In this document: piece after piece, positions 1-10,341 of the stretch
Layout: each line of letters starts with the position of its first letter
How positions within the stretch are numbered: the stretch's first letter is position 1
Origin: a virus
Lineage: Duplodnaviria > Caudoviricetes
Direction: 5' to 3' (one strand)
DNA: 37,978 nucleotides
IMG/VR virus record: IMGVR_UViG_3300025066_000066
Location: 1-37,978 of that record
The notes under the pieces: model-generated
What the model was told of the DNA's origin: nothing
Databases searched by the model: none
Seen by the model: the letters and a program-made list of their open reading frames with translations, nothing else
Position numbers and translations under genes: made by a program

Positions 1-1
1 C

Positions 2-1138
2 TTACGAAGTGCAATAGGAATGGATCAAGCAGCAAAAGGTAAGTATGTAAATAGCCCAACATTAATGATGGTTGGTGAAGAGGGTAGAGGTGAAGTTGTT
101 GTACCTACTGAAAGAATACGAAAAGGGTTGCCGATTAATGCAGGTGTTGCAAGAGAGTTAGGATCTATTGGTGTTCCGGGATTTCAAGGCGGAGGTGTTC
201 TTGATGCTTTTCGCAGAGGGCAAGGTCAATCTGATTACGCATCACAGGCTTGGGGTGCTGGAGGTGGAATGAGTGGTTATGCCCAAAAAACGGGATATAG
301 ATTGGGAAAAATGGGTGGTTTTGGTGGTATGGGCCGAGCAGGTGCAGCAGGCGGGTTAATGACATTTGGAAATGTTTTTGCACAAACCGGTGATTGGAAA
401 CGAGCAGGAACTGCTGGTGTAGGTGCAGGTCTTGGTGTTGGTGCTGGAATGGCATTGGGAGCAATGGGTATCCCGCCGCCTTTAAGTGGTATGTTAGGTA
501 ATGCTGTTGGCGGTATAGCAACAAAAGGTTTGAATAAGGTTTTTAATCTTACTGGTGGCTATGGAAAAGGCCGCCGAAGAAGTGTAAAGTTAATTGAAGA
601 CCATATTAAGAGCGGTGGAAGATTTGATCATGGCTCACCGAGCGGTCTTTCTAAGTGGATGAATCAAGCTATTGGTGGATATGAAAAAACCCCTACGGAA
701 GCTAATTTTCAAAAATTAACTGAAAAATTAGGCACAAGTAGCTTAATATCTTCTATGGGTATTCCAGCACCTCATTTGATAGCTTTAGGTACTGGTCAAA
801 CAAGCGGCGGTGCAGCAACAAAAATGTATAGTAGCATTAATAGGTCGCTATATGGTGCTGGCGGAGATAAGTATAGAAAGGCACTTGCTATTCCTTCATT
901 AGCTGCTGGAGGAATTGTTAATAGGCCCACAACAGCCCTAATAGGTGAGGCTGGGCCAGAAGCAGTTGTGCCGTTGGGTAATAGTGAAATGATGCAGGAA
1001 TTAAAGAAACAAAATAAATTAATGGCAGAGATGATTAAAACTCAAAAAGAAACTGGCACTCCTGAAATTAGAATGGATGGTAAACTGGTTTCTGAAGTCG
1101 TAGGAAAAAACTTTTATGAAACTGGCCTTGGGATGTAG
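2..1138 (+). CDS. Tail tape-measure protein, C-terminal part (5' truncated by window edge)
   Basis: The frame is open from base 2 (LRSAIG then the M at 20). It has two copies of the A.GG.V..PT...IGE.G.E.VVP motif typical of tape-measure C-termini, a Gly/Ala-rich hydrophobic segment and a terminal 'IRMDGKLVSEVV' motif. It lies directly upstream of the baseplate genes. Confidence 0.75.
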   Translation, partial: LRSAIGMDQAAKGKYVNSPTLMMVGEEGRGEVVVPTERIRKGLPINAGVARELGSIGVPGFQGGGVLDAFRRGQGQSDYASQAWGAGGGMSGYAQKTGYRLGKMGGFGGMGRAGAAGGLMTFGNVFAQTGDWKRAGTAGVGAGLGVGAGMALGAMGIPPPLSGMLGNAVGGIATKGLNKVFNLTGGYGKGRRRSVKLIEDHIKSGGRFDHGSPSGLSKWMNQAIGGYEKTPTEANFQKLTEKLGTSSLISSMGIPAPHLIALGTGQTSGGAATKMYSSINRSLYGAGGDKYRKALAIPSLAAGGIVNRPTTALIGEAGPEAVVPLGNSEMMQELKKQNKLMAEMIKTQKETGTPEIRMDGKLVSEVVGKNFYETGLGM

Positions 1139-1147
1139 AGATTAATT

Positions 1148-3310
1148 ATGGCAATCGAACGCGTTAAATTAGATGCACGAGGTAATAACATATTATCAAT
1201 GTTTGAAAATAATATGACAGAGATTGGTGCTCTAAATCAGTTAGCTGCTTCTTTAAAAGATAGTGGTGTTTATCACGGTCCGGCCGGTGATGTTAATATT
1301 AATTACCCTGAAAATTTTGAGGGTAATGTTATAGGTAATGCTCCAGATGAGTATGAGAAATATTATATAAGAGAAATATATTGGGATGATGATCAAGGCC
1401 GAGTATCTGTAAGGGATAAATTTTCAGGAAAATCTACCAATGAGGTCTTGCAAACCCATGGCGCCTATTCTAATCAATCCGGCCAGTCCGATCCAAGTAA
1501 GTTTATGGAGCTAAAAGGAAGAAAAAGTTTATTTACTTTATTACAAGAAACAAGAGCGGCATTTTTTGACAATAAAGATCGTTCGGTATATCGAAATCCA
1601 GCGCCGGCCAGCAACAGCCCTACAAATCAATCTAATAAGTACGGTGACAATTATCAATCTTATGATTTTCGGTATATGGCAACGCAAGGCCCAAGTTTTG
1701 TAGATCCTCCATCGGGAATAGATTTTACTTGGCAAGCGATGGTTGGCTTTAATCTAGGTCAAACTTTAGGAGGTAATGTTACTATTGAAGATCGCATTAA
1801 AACTGAAGCACAGAATATTACAAGAGCTATTTTTGATGATCTCGCCGGCGCTGCAGGAGCAGAAGAAAATGAATTTATAGCTAATTACTATAATAGAATG
1901 TCTCAAACAATAGCTCCTATAGATAGAATATCACAACTTTACGTACCAGGTTGGGGACGGCCTGCAGAAAATTGGTTAACGAAAAAACCATTATCAGAAA
2001 ATCTGAATCAAAATATATTATTACCACCTAATTCTGGCGAAATAGATGGAATGAACCCTACAGATGTGGCTGGTAATAATAATGGAAATGGTGAGGGCCC
2101 TCCGGGCTACGGCGCAACTGAAAAAACATTTCAATCGCTATATACAAGAAATAGAGCTGGTAAGGCGGGTGGCGTTAATGTATCAAACGCTCTTTTTAAT
2201 AATGGTATTATAGCAGGTACTCCTGTTAATTTATTACAGGAGCCTCTTGGTATAACAACTAAGCAAATTGAAGGTGACCCCTCTACTCCAATACCAAGAT
2301 CACTAAATGTTCCTTTTACTTTTGAAGAAGACGACGCAAACTATCTTACTTATGCTAAGAAAGAAACAGGTTTTACTTCTAATGGAGATAGGACAACAGT
2401 TGATCCGTCGAAGATGCAAGTTGCAGTAAGAGATTATAGCGCAATGGCAGGTGATCAAGTTGTAAATATGGGCCGCGAAACTGTTAGGTTTACTCAAGGT
2501 CAATATTTTCCATTTGCTTTTTCTACAGTTAATAAAAGACGAGGTGGGGAAAGAAGACTTCAAATATGTTATCTCCAAGCTCTTATTAATTCTTTAGGTG
2601 AATCTTACACTCCAACTTGGAACTCAAGACATTTCTTTGGAAGAAGCGAACAAGCTCATACTTATACTTTTACTGATAGAACAATAGATATAGGTTTTAC
2701 TATTTTTGCTAATGAAATGAGACAATTACAAAATGTTTATGAAAGGGTAGTGTGGTTGGCTCAACAGTGTTATCCCGAATATGAAGTAGGTAACAACCGC
2801 ATGTCGGATGGACCTGTTATAGCTATGAGAGTAGGTGATTTATTTCAATATAAAGCAGGAATTATTAGAAGCCTTTCTTATGATTGGCTATTTAATGGTG
2901 GGAAATGGGAAATGACATCTGGAATGAGAATGCCTCAAGGAGTTTCAGTCACTATGAGTTATCAAGTTATTCATGATACAATGCCGAATAGAGCTTCGGA
3001 TCTTTATGGTGGGCCAGCTGGTGGATTACATTCAGCATCGACGAGATCTAGACAAATCAACAACTGGGCTAACCATGGCAATGCATTTGAAGCTTTTGAA
3101 GAAACTGAAGGAAGCTCAATTGGGTTTGGCACCCCTCTTATTGATACAGGTGATTTGGTTCCGGGTCTTGGTGAAACTTCTTTTATGGAAGAATTGGCAG
3201 GTGCTTCCGCGGCATATGGGCTTGACCCACAAGGCGATTTTCGTTCTGAAGGCGATGGAGATCTTGAAGTACCTGTGGCGGAACATGAAGGCGAACTTAT
3301 ATATGTATAA
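1148..3310 (+). CDS. Tail tube initiator / baseplate-tube junction protein (T4 gp48/gp54-, P2 gpU-like C-terminal domain)
   Basis: 720 aa. The C-terminal domain 'ALINSLGESYTPTWNSRHFFGRSEQAHTYTFTDRTIDIGFTIFA...PVIAMRVGDLF...GIIRSLSYDW...WE...MPQGVSVTMSYQVI' matches the tube-fold initiator pattern. It sits in the canonical position between tape measure and the LysM protein. Confidence 0.65.
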   Translation: MAIERVKLDARGNNILSMFENNMTEIGALNQLAASLKDSGVYHGPAGDVNINYPENFEGNVIGNAPDEYEKYYIREIYWDDDQGRVSVRDKFSGKSTNEVLQTHGAYSNQSGQSDPSKFMELKGRKSLFTLLQETRAAFFDNKDRSVYRNPAPASNSPTNQSNKYGDNYQSYDFRYMATQGPSFVDPPSGIDFTWQAMVGFNLGQTLGGNVTIEDRIKTEAQNITRAIFDDLAGAAGAEENEFIANYYNRMSQTIAPIDRISQLYVPGWGRPAENWLTKKPLSENLNQNILLPPNSGEIDGMNPTDVAGNNNGNGEGPPGYGATEKTFQSLYTRNRAGKAGGVNVSNALFNNGIIAGTPVNLLQEPLGITTKQIEGDPSTPIPRSLNVPFTFEEDDANYLTYAKKETGFTSNGDRTTVDPSKMQVAVRDYSAMAGDQVVNMGRETVRFTQGQYFPFAFSTVNKRRGGERRLQICYLQALINSLGESYTPTWNSRHFFGRSEQAHTYTFTDRTIDIGFTIFANEMRQLQNVYERVVWLAQQCYPEYEVGNNRMSDGPVIAMRVGDLFQYKAGIIRSLSYDWLFNGGKWEMTSGMRMPQGVSVTMSYQVIHDTMPNRASDLYGGPAGGLHSASTRSRQINNWANHGNAFEAFEETEGSSIGFGTPLIDTGDLVPGLGETSFMEELAGASAAYGLDPQGDFRSEGDGDLEVPVAEHEGELIYV

Positions 3311-3320
3311 GAGGTGAAAA

Positions 3321-3641
3321 ATGGCTACATCTAGATATAAAAATTTTAAACAAGTTAAAAGCTTTGTAAAAGACCCCAGAAGATTAGAGACATTTCCTTC
3401 TATTAGTATGGATGACTTATCAGTTATTCCTCATACTATTATCAAATTTAAGGAAACTGATCGGTTGGATCACCTCGCGGAACGCTTTTTAGGAAGCGCT
3501 ACTTATTGGTGGGCCATTTGCTTAATGAACGATTTAGATAATCCTTTTTCTTATAAATTATTGCCAGGATTTTTATTAAAAATACCTAATACTATTGATC
3601 CTATTTTAAGTCTCATACAATTAAATCAAGGTAATAAATAA
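3321..3641 (+). CDS. LysM-like baseplate wedge protein (T4 gp53 / P2 gpX-like)
   Basis: 106 aa with 'ETDRLDHLAERFLGSATYWWAICLMNDLDNP...PGFLLKIP'. GAGGTG RBS upstream. Confidence 0.8.
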   Translation: MATSRYKNFKQVKSFVKDPRRLETFPSISMDDLSVIPHTIIKFKETDRLDHLAERFLGSATYWWAICLMNDLDNPFSYKLLPGFLLKIPNTIDPILSLIQLNQGNK

Positions 3642-6600
3642 TGACAGAAACCTCTGCACCAGCTACTGGTATAACAAAAGCTGATTTAGCTAATACTACC
3701 ACTGTTACGCCGCCCGACACCATTAAGGGGTGGAACGATAAAAGAAAAGCTAATAATCAGGCTATTAGTAGTTTAGTGCCATTTGTGCAATTAATAGGGT
3801 TATTTGATGTTGATGAATATAAGAAAATGTTTAAATCACTCACTGACACTAGAGTGCCTGTAGGTTATGATGACGGCACTGCAGGATCTGAGTCTTATAA
3901 TGAGAAATATCAAATTGATCCGGAAGCTTTTAATCACATTGAAGAAGCTATAAAAGAGCGTTTTATAAACATTTATACAATAAAATCAATCCAAGGGGGG
4001 TTAGATAGTAAAAAAGTAAATGGAATTATGATGGCTGAATCAAGCACCCAAATGCAAGATCCATCGGGTGGCGTTGGCCTTACTGATTTGCAGGTTGATT
4101 ATGGTGGAAACGATATTTTAGGAACGCGAGTGTTTAAAGTTAGAATGTCAATAAATGATACTAAAATATTAGATGAAAGATGGGAGTATTCTAAATTAGC
4201 TACTTTTGGTTCCAAGTTTTTAATTATTTATGGCTGGGCTAATCCAGAAATTATTCCAGGTTATAGTGCCGCTATGCCACCACCAAAATTAGAAAATGAC
4301 CCTAACGATCCAAATCATAAGCGTATGCGTGTACCTATTCGTAATTTAGGCAATGGTGGGTACTGGTCATCAGGTATTGTTAATATTAGTAAATACGACT
4401 TTGGCTTTAATGAAATGGGCAAGTTAGAATTAAATATAGAGCTTAGAGATGATGATTCTTTAGGTATGGTCTCTACTGTTATGTCTAATGTAGCTCGTAA
4501 ACTTAAGATGCTTCTTGATACTGATATATTAGATCAAATTATTACTGATATGAGTGGTAATGAATTTACTATGAGAGATATGTTAATAGAAAGACAGCAG
4601 CGCCTTAATGATGAATATATTAAGAGTCATGAAAAAGATAAAGATGGAAAGTATACAGGTACACCTCAATCCTACGAAGAATTTACCGCAAAGTGGCAAG
4701 AAGCTATTGAAGAGTTCAGCGGTGACGGGGCAGTAGTGTCGGTTACTGGAATAAAAAGTTCTGTAGGAGACATATTAGAAGGTATCCCAGCGGGCCAAGA
4801 ATACTTCACTGAAGCAGATATAATGGAGGCCAATGAGGCAGTTAGGAAACCTCAAAAAGGATATCCAGAGGCTAATTCTATTAAATCACATAAACAAATT
4901 TTTAAAAGAATACCTGACCCTAATCCTGAAGATATTGGTAATGAAACGGGTGATTTCACTGACGCTTTCGCTGACGAGCAGGGCCAGCCATCGGATGGAA
5001 CTCCTACTAAGTTAATAAAAACGTATGAAAGCCAACCTGTTTATTATTTTTTAGGGGCTATAATGGACAGTGTTTCAATATGTATGGCTAATCGATGTGG
5101 GCCACAAGGCTTAGATAATAGTAAAGCGCCTTCTTTTTATTATCATAGCCTAGGTGATGAATCTAAATTAAGCACAGCATTCCAAACTAAGGTTTCATCA
5201 GTTAATAGAAAACATGGGATGGAAGAAAGAATACAAGAAGCTGTTATAAGATTAAAAGAAAGATTTTTACCACCGGCGGCTTTTGATCAAGAGGCTACGC
5301 GTGGAGTTCTTAATTTGCAAAAGCTCATGGCCGAGAAAGTTCGATACCTGGGCATCAGCAGGGCCACCAAGTTGCTTGATAAAGATCCATCCTCATCATT
5401 TGTGAGCGGCGCTGTCGCGGTATATGCGGGAAAGCAAAGTTCTGCAACCGACAAGATAATACGAGCTATTTTTACACCACCCCCAAATGTTGGAAATATG
5501 ATAGGTGCTCCAATGCGTGGCCATGTAAGAGAAATCAACACGCGCAACTATGTCGATGTGCTGAGGTCAAAGGGTCTTGCACCCTATCCTGACAACAACG
5601 GAAAGTTATGGGTTTATATACCGGATTGGAAGCAAGAAATTAATTTGGACACCGAAGGAAATGAAGTAGTTTCTGGTGGTTCTCCAGATGGGTTTGATCC
5701 TTTGAACCCTACTGAATATAAAGCTCAAGATCGCGGCGGCAGATTTTGGATGATTGTAACTTATAACCAGGATGATAAAGTATTCAAAATGCCTGTAAGT
5801 TATGATAATTGGAGATTATCTAGTAAAGATAATTGGAATTTATTATGTAAGAAATGGCATAATTTATATAGAGAGTATCTAGCTTCATATTTTGAAAATC
5901 TCATTAGAGAAAGAGTAGCAGAAGTGTTAATGGCCGGCATGCCTATTGAAATGATATATAATGAGGCTTTAGATTTAGATTTCTTAACAGGGAAAATATA
6001 CAATAATACCCGTTTTGAACAACGTCAAAGTTTTCTCAAGTCTTGGGACGAAATCGGCAATAAGTATGTTGAGGAGTTTGATCAAGGCACTGCTGAAACA
6101 AAAAGAAATCAAGAAATAACAAAATATAGAGAAATAATTCAAGAAAATAGGGTTAAGATATATGGGCCCACCGCGGGTGAGGCTGAAGATGATGAAGATA
6201 CCGAAGCTCCTGTGACTGTTGATTTTTATGCAGAAGCAGAAGCACTTTCTGAAGATCCGGATCTCCTTGACGCACTCGTCGAAGCGCGACGCGGATTCAT
6301 GTCGGCAGTTAACCTGCCTACTTTACCGGCGCCTACTGTACCAACAGTTCAGCCTTGGCCATCTACACCTTCAGAATCGCCTGGTCTTTTATCACTAAGC
6401 CAACGTCTAATTTCTCAAATCAATACTTTAAAATTACAATTAGAGAGGTTAACAGGTGGCCGTTATAAAAGAAACCCAGAAGGGGCAATAGATACTAAAG
6501 ATATAATGGGCAATACCATTATGACGAAGTTTAATAATTTTAAAAGAATAGTAGCTTCGCAAACAGAGTTTAAGAGCGAGCAAGGTGAGATGGCCCGCGA

Positions 6601-9600
6601 CCCTGAAACAGGCCGTTGGACCGCGACATATCTACAAATATATAATCCAGAAATAGAATATGAGTATGAAATTGCCGGCCCAGAGATAAAAGAAGAATGG
6701 ATCTTATGGGAAAAGTTTAATGTTCCTACAAATAATTTTCAAAATCAGTGGGATCATGAGTTGAGGGCGTGGAAAGATAACAGCAACAAGGCCGAAAGTT
6801 GGAAACAACGCAACAGGCAGAAGTATGAAAGGAGTGTATTACCTTTATTAGAGCATACAAAGAAAGAGGTTGCAAATAAATTAAATACTATTAAAATAAA
6901 GCAGAAGGAATTGAACACAGCTTATGAAAGTTATCGTGGTTGTGAGCTTGCAATTGAAAATGCTGAAAATAAAATTATAGAAATAGAAAAAACATTTAAT
7001 GAGTTTAAAGAATTTTTTAATGAAAATGCCGGCCAAGTTCAACTTTCTATATATGATGATACTTCAGCTTTTGACGGAGATGGCGTAAAGGTTGATCAAG
7101 GCCGCGATAAACCAGCGCATTTGACGACTAAAGTTGCTCAACAATGGTATCGCCGGTTTGCTGGTATTGTTACCTATGGTGCAATAGATGTAAGAAATTA
7201 TGGCCCGCCGGCAGGTGGCCAGGAATATTATTTACCTTCCAATAATTATCAATTTAGATTTAATATTGAGAGAAGAACTTGGTCGACTATGGGTCAGCCT
7301 AGACGAGTTTTAAATCCAGAAATTTTTAAGGACGGCCGCGATGATGAGGAACTAATGATGCGAACCGCGGACAGGTTGTTGCATAACCTTAATTATGGAG
7401 TAGCTAAAGACGACGATGCATCTGCCGTTTTTAGCAAGAATATGTCATATGAAGATGTAGAAGTAGGTAGAATAACGCGAAAGGAGTATCAAAATTGGTC
7501 ACTTTTTGGCAACCCAGGCATTCCTTATGAAAACGGAAACAATGCATGGGGGTTTAAGGCTGGGCCGCCTATAGAGACACAATCCCAGGGTGGTCATGTT
7601 GAATTATCGGGCGGTAATTATGTAGGCACTTATAAAGAGTTTTTAAATATATTTGGTCTAGGTTATAATCCGGCTTGGCCAGGATCATTAAGAATAGTTG
7701 ACCGTTGGCCTTCGGTAAAAATGACGCAAGGCCATCACCAGGCCGCGGGCAACCTTGATATGAGGAATCTTATGAGCAACGGGTTAAATATTCCCATATA
7801 TACAATGATAGATGAGGGCGGTAATATTATTGTTGATGATGGTGAAGGTTGGTATACGCCTACTGGTTGGTATTTAGATTTTGCAGGCAAACCTGCTTAT
7901 CTATATCCTAGTCGCACAACCGCGGCACGCGTTAATAACACAAATGATTATGAAGGTGGAGTTGCCCCTGCCGGCGTCATAGATTATCCATTTGAAGGTG
8001 GTGGTAATGGGGACAGAATGGCAACAAAAGGTGAAAAAGGTCATGAAAACGAAGCCGCAAGCTGGGACCATAGTCATCGAAGGCATAATACCGGCCGGAA
8101 TCCGACGGGTCTTCAAAGAGTTGCTGATGGTATTGCAGACTGGGCAAAAACTCAAGTAGAGATGGTTGCTGCTCTATTTTCAGGTGATTTTAAAGGGTAT
8201 GTTAAAGCAAACCTTAAGCAGTTGAAGTTGGTGTCGCCAACCACACCCCACGGCCAGTTTGCACATAAGTACCTAAGACCTTTATTTTTAAAAAAGATTA
8301 AAGGAGACGTACCTGTAGATTATAAGGGGCAAATAGGAATGTGGGGCGGTAGAATCGGTGCCGGCGAGCATAATGTGAATCTTACTTTAGATATGAAAAG
8401 ATCTATGGTTCATCGAAGAAGTTCAACTACAGAAGAAACAAGATTTTTGGGGCAGGATGTCGCTAATAGGGGAGCACCGAATGTAAAAATTAATTGGGCC
8501 CTGCTTGTAAAAAATGGGGAATATTATGTTTTTAAAAATAACCCTAATAGATATGCTGAGTATGATAGGTATGAAACAATCGGAGCCGGAACGACCCGCC
8601 CTGCAAAAGGAGCCCGCGTAATTGGGCCCACATACGATGGTTCGGCAAAATATACTAATCCACAATATCCTTTTGGAACTGGTTGGTATCGGGCGCCCGA
8701 GGATAAACACCATGGCCCTTATGTTTATCCAGAAAGAAAGAAAAATTGGTCAAATTGGAGTGATTTTTTATCTGGTTTGGGTGCAGAAAATGGATTTGGA
8801 TTTTTTACTCAAATAGATAATAGAAATCATAGCCCATGTATGGTTGAGGGTGGTTCAATAACAGATGGGTTAGAGATAAATGAAGGTTTTGTTAAATTTG
8901 TTATAGAAAATGTGTTTGCTCCTTTACCTAAAAATAGAAGGACCGCTGCAAGGCCGAATCATCAGCCAATAAAAATACTGGGTTCCCGCGAATCCCAAAC
9001 AGTGCAACATTTTCATGAGGCTGAAAGAGTTGAAGATACTACTTATGGTGATCTTTTTGGGCCATTGCAGGATGATAGTGAGGATGATAGCCCTGCCGGT
9101 TCGGCATTAGCGCCTGCGTCGTTTGGGAATATGGATCAATTTTCCATAGATAATGTAGCTAACATTCCCATAAGAGCAGATGTAGTAAAAAATTTATTAT
9201 CCAAATCTAACTCTAATATGTCTATAGCTCAATTTTTTGGAGAAATATTTAGACCTGGATCTATGGGAGTTAATAATGTTCCCAATCCAAGCTTGGTAGC
9301 TCGCGAAGCTGAATCGGGTGTATTTGAAATCCTGTCTCTGGCCGGTCAAGATTGGGAACAGCATGCTAAAAATTATGAACATTTATTTATAGATTCTTTA
9401 AGTATCGATCAAGAAAAAATTAGATTTCCTGACGATATTATTATGTTAGATTTTAAGGATATAGATTCTCTAATAGAAAGCATGGATATGAACTCTAGTT
9501 TTGATCCTTTGACTGTTATGGCTTTTGAGGATGCAGCTGCAGAGTATACTGGTAGTACGGATGCTTTAATGAATTTCTTAGCTTATAAGGACGTAGCACC

Positions 9601-10267
9601 TGAATTGAAAGCATATTTAATGTCTAGTCATCCAGAATTGAAGGAATATGGTCATGATATTGAAAAAGGTATTATTATTAATGACGGATCGGCCGAGCCG
9701 GACAAAAAAGGTGAAGTAACATTAAATAAACAATTATTTATGGATGAAAGTGGAGAAAAAACGCGGCCTGAGATTAGGACAGCTGTATCTAAGTTTTTAC
9801 AAAATGACCCTGGCCGATTAGCTCAAATGCGTGAGATTGAAGCCATCGCGGCCGCGTCCAAACTCGCTGGGTCGAATGAAGACATACCAATAAATACTGT
9901 TACTCAGTTTATGGCAAATCATATGAAAAGGGTAACTATTACTATTCATGGTACTACTAATATAACTGCATTTCAAAGTGTTATAGTCAAGGGCGTCATG
10001 CCTGATTTAGAGGGATTGTATTTAATAAATAAGGTGAGAGAATCTATAACACCACAAGGTTTTCAAACTATATTAGAAGGCACATTAGTAAGAAACCCAA
10101 CTATAAGCGCAAGAGAATCTGCCGGATCGCAGTGGCCAGAAGCTACAGACCATTCTGCTCAACAAGCACCGGATCTGACACCCAAAACTGTAGAAGAAGC
10201 TGCCGAAGTGGGGCCTGAAAGACCCTTCCCGGCCAGCCGATACAACAAAAAAGGCTATATACCTTAA
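3641..10267 (+). CDS. Giant baseplate hub protein (T4 gp27 / P2 gpD-like termini) with large unknown insertions
   Basis: 2208 aa, following the LysM gene with TAATG overlap. Hub-like N-terminal strands (GLTDLQVDYG, FLIIYGW, YDFGFNEMGKLELNIEL) and hub-like C-terminus (RVTITIHGTTNI...VKGVMPDLEGLYLINKVRESITPQGFQTILEG). Confidence 0.65.
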   Translation: MTETSAPATGITKADLANTTTVTPPDTIKGWNDKRKANNQAISSLVPFVQLIGLFDVDEYKKMFKSLTDTRVPVGYDDGTAGSESYNEKYQIDPEAFNHIEEAIKERFINIYTIKSIQGGLDSKKVNGIMMAESSTQMQDPSGGVGLTDLQVDYGGNDILGTRVFKVRMSINDTKILDERWEYSKLATFGSKFLIIYGWANPEIIPGYSAAMPPPKLENDPNDPNHKRMRVPIRNLGNGGYWSSGIVNISKYDFGFNEMGKLELNIELRDDDSLGMVSTVMSNVARKLKMLLDTDILDQIITDMSGNEFTMRDMLIERQQRLNDEYIKSHEKDKDGKYTGTPQSYEEFTAKWQEAIEEFSGDGAVVSVTGIKSSVGDILEGIPAGQEYFTEADIMEANEAVRKPQKGYPEANSIKSHKQIFKRIPDPNPEDIGNETGDFTDAFADEQGQPSDGTPTKLIKTYESQPVYYFLGAIMDSVSICMANRCGPQGLDNSKAPSFYYHSLGDESKLSTAFQTKVSSVNRKHGMEERIQEAVIRLKERFLPPAAFDQEATRGVLNLQKLMAEKVRYLGISRATKLLDKDPSSSFVSGAVAVYAGKQSSATDKIIRAIFTPPPNVGNMIGAPMRGHVREINTRNYVDVLRSKGLAPYPDNNGKLWVYIPDWKQEINLDTEGNEVVSGGSPDGFDPLNPTEYKAQDRGGRFWMIVTYNQDDKVFKMPVSYDNWRLSSKDNWNLLCKKWHNLYREYLASYFENLIRERVAEVLMAGMPIEMIYNEALDLDFLTGKIYNNTRFEQRQSFLKSWDEIGNKYVEEFDQGTAETKRNQEITKYREIIQENRVKIYGPTAGEAEDDEDTEAPVTVDFYAEAEALSEDPDLLDALVEARRGFMSAVNLPTLPAPTVPTVQPWPSTPSESPGLLSLSQRLISQINTLKLQLERLTGGRYKRNPEGAIDTKDIMGNTIMTKFNNFKRIVASQTEFKSEQGEMARDPETGRWTATYLQIYNPEIEYEYEIAGPEIKEEWILWEKFNVPTNNFQNQWDHELRAWKDNSNKAESWKQRNRQKYERSVLPLLEHTKKEVANKLNTIKIKQKELNTAYESYRGCELAIENAENKIIEIEKTFNEFKEFFNENAGQVQLSIYDDTSAFDGDGVKVDQGRDKPAHLTTKVAQQWYRRFAGIVTYGAIDVRNYGPPAGGQEYYLPSNNYQFRFNIERRTWSTMGQPRRVLNPEIFKDGRDDEELMMRTADRLLHNLNYGVAKDDDASAVFSKNMSYEDVEVGRITRKEYQNWSLFGNPGIPYENGNNAWGFKAGPPIETQSQGGHVELSGGNYVGTYKEFLNIFGLGYNPAWPGSLRIVDRWPSVKMTQGHHQAAGNLDMRNLMSNGLNIPIYTMIDEGGNIIVDDGEGWYTPTGWYLDFAGKPAYLYPSRTTAARVNNTNDYEGGVAPAGVIDYPFEGGGNGDRMATKGEKGHENEAASWDHSHRRHNTGRNPTGLQRVADGIADWAKTQVEMVAALFSGDFKGYVKANLKQLKLVSPTTPHGQFAHKYLRPLFLKKIKGDVPVDYKGQIGMWGGRIGAGEHNVNLTLDMKRSMVHRRSSTTEETRFLGQDVANRGAPNVKINWALLVKNGEYYVFKNNPNRYAEYDRYETIGAGTTRPAKGARVIGPTYDGSAKYTNPQYPFGTGWYRAPEDKHHGPYVYPERKKNWSNWSDFLSGLGAENGFGFFTQIDNRNHSPCMVEGGSITDGLEINEGFVKFVIENVFAPLPKNRRTAARPNHQPIKILGSRESQTVQHFHEAERVEDTTYGDLFGPLQDDSEDDSPAGSALAPASFGNMDQFSIDNVANIPIRADVVKNLLSKSNSNMSIAQFFGEIFRPGSMGVNNVPNPSLVAREAESGVFEILSLAGQDWEQHAKNYEHLFIDSLSIDQEKIRFPDDIIMLDFKDIDSLIESMDMNSSFDPLTVMAFEDAAAEYTGSTDALMNFLAYKDVAPELKAYLMSSHPELKEYGHDIEKGIIINDGSAEPDKKGEVTLNKQLFMDESGEKTRPEIRTAVSKFLQNDPGRLAQMREIEAIAAASKLAGSNEDIPINTVTQFMANHMKRVTITIHGTTNITAFQSVIVKGVMPDLEGLYLINKVRESITPQGFQTILEGTLVRNPTISARESAGSQWPEATDHSAQQAPDLTPKTVEEAAEVGPERPFPASRYNKKGYIP

Positions 10268-10341
10268 TTGGCACTTTCTATAATATAAAAAAAGAAAACT
10301 TTTTATTAAAATAAAATGTTACTATACTTTAAAGGATAAAT

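Noticed and set aside
10281-10310. Hairpin aaaaag-aaaa-cttttt after the hub gene as a terminator
   Set aside because: The 6-bp stem is almost all A-T and too weak to call.
10279-10328. Sigma70 promoter upstream of the sigma-like gene
   Set aside because: -10-like hexamers are present but there is no properly spaced TTGACA-like -35, so it is not called as a feature.
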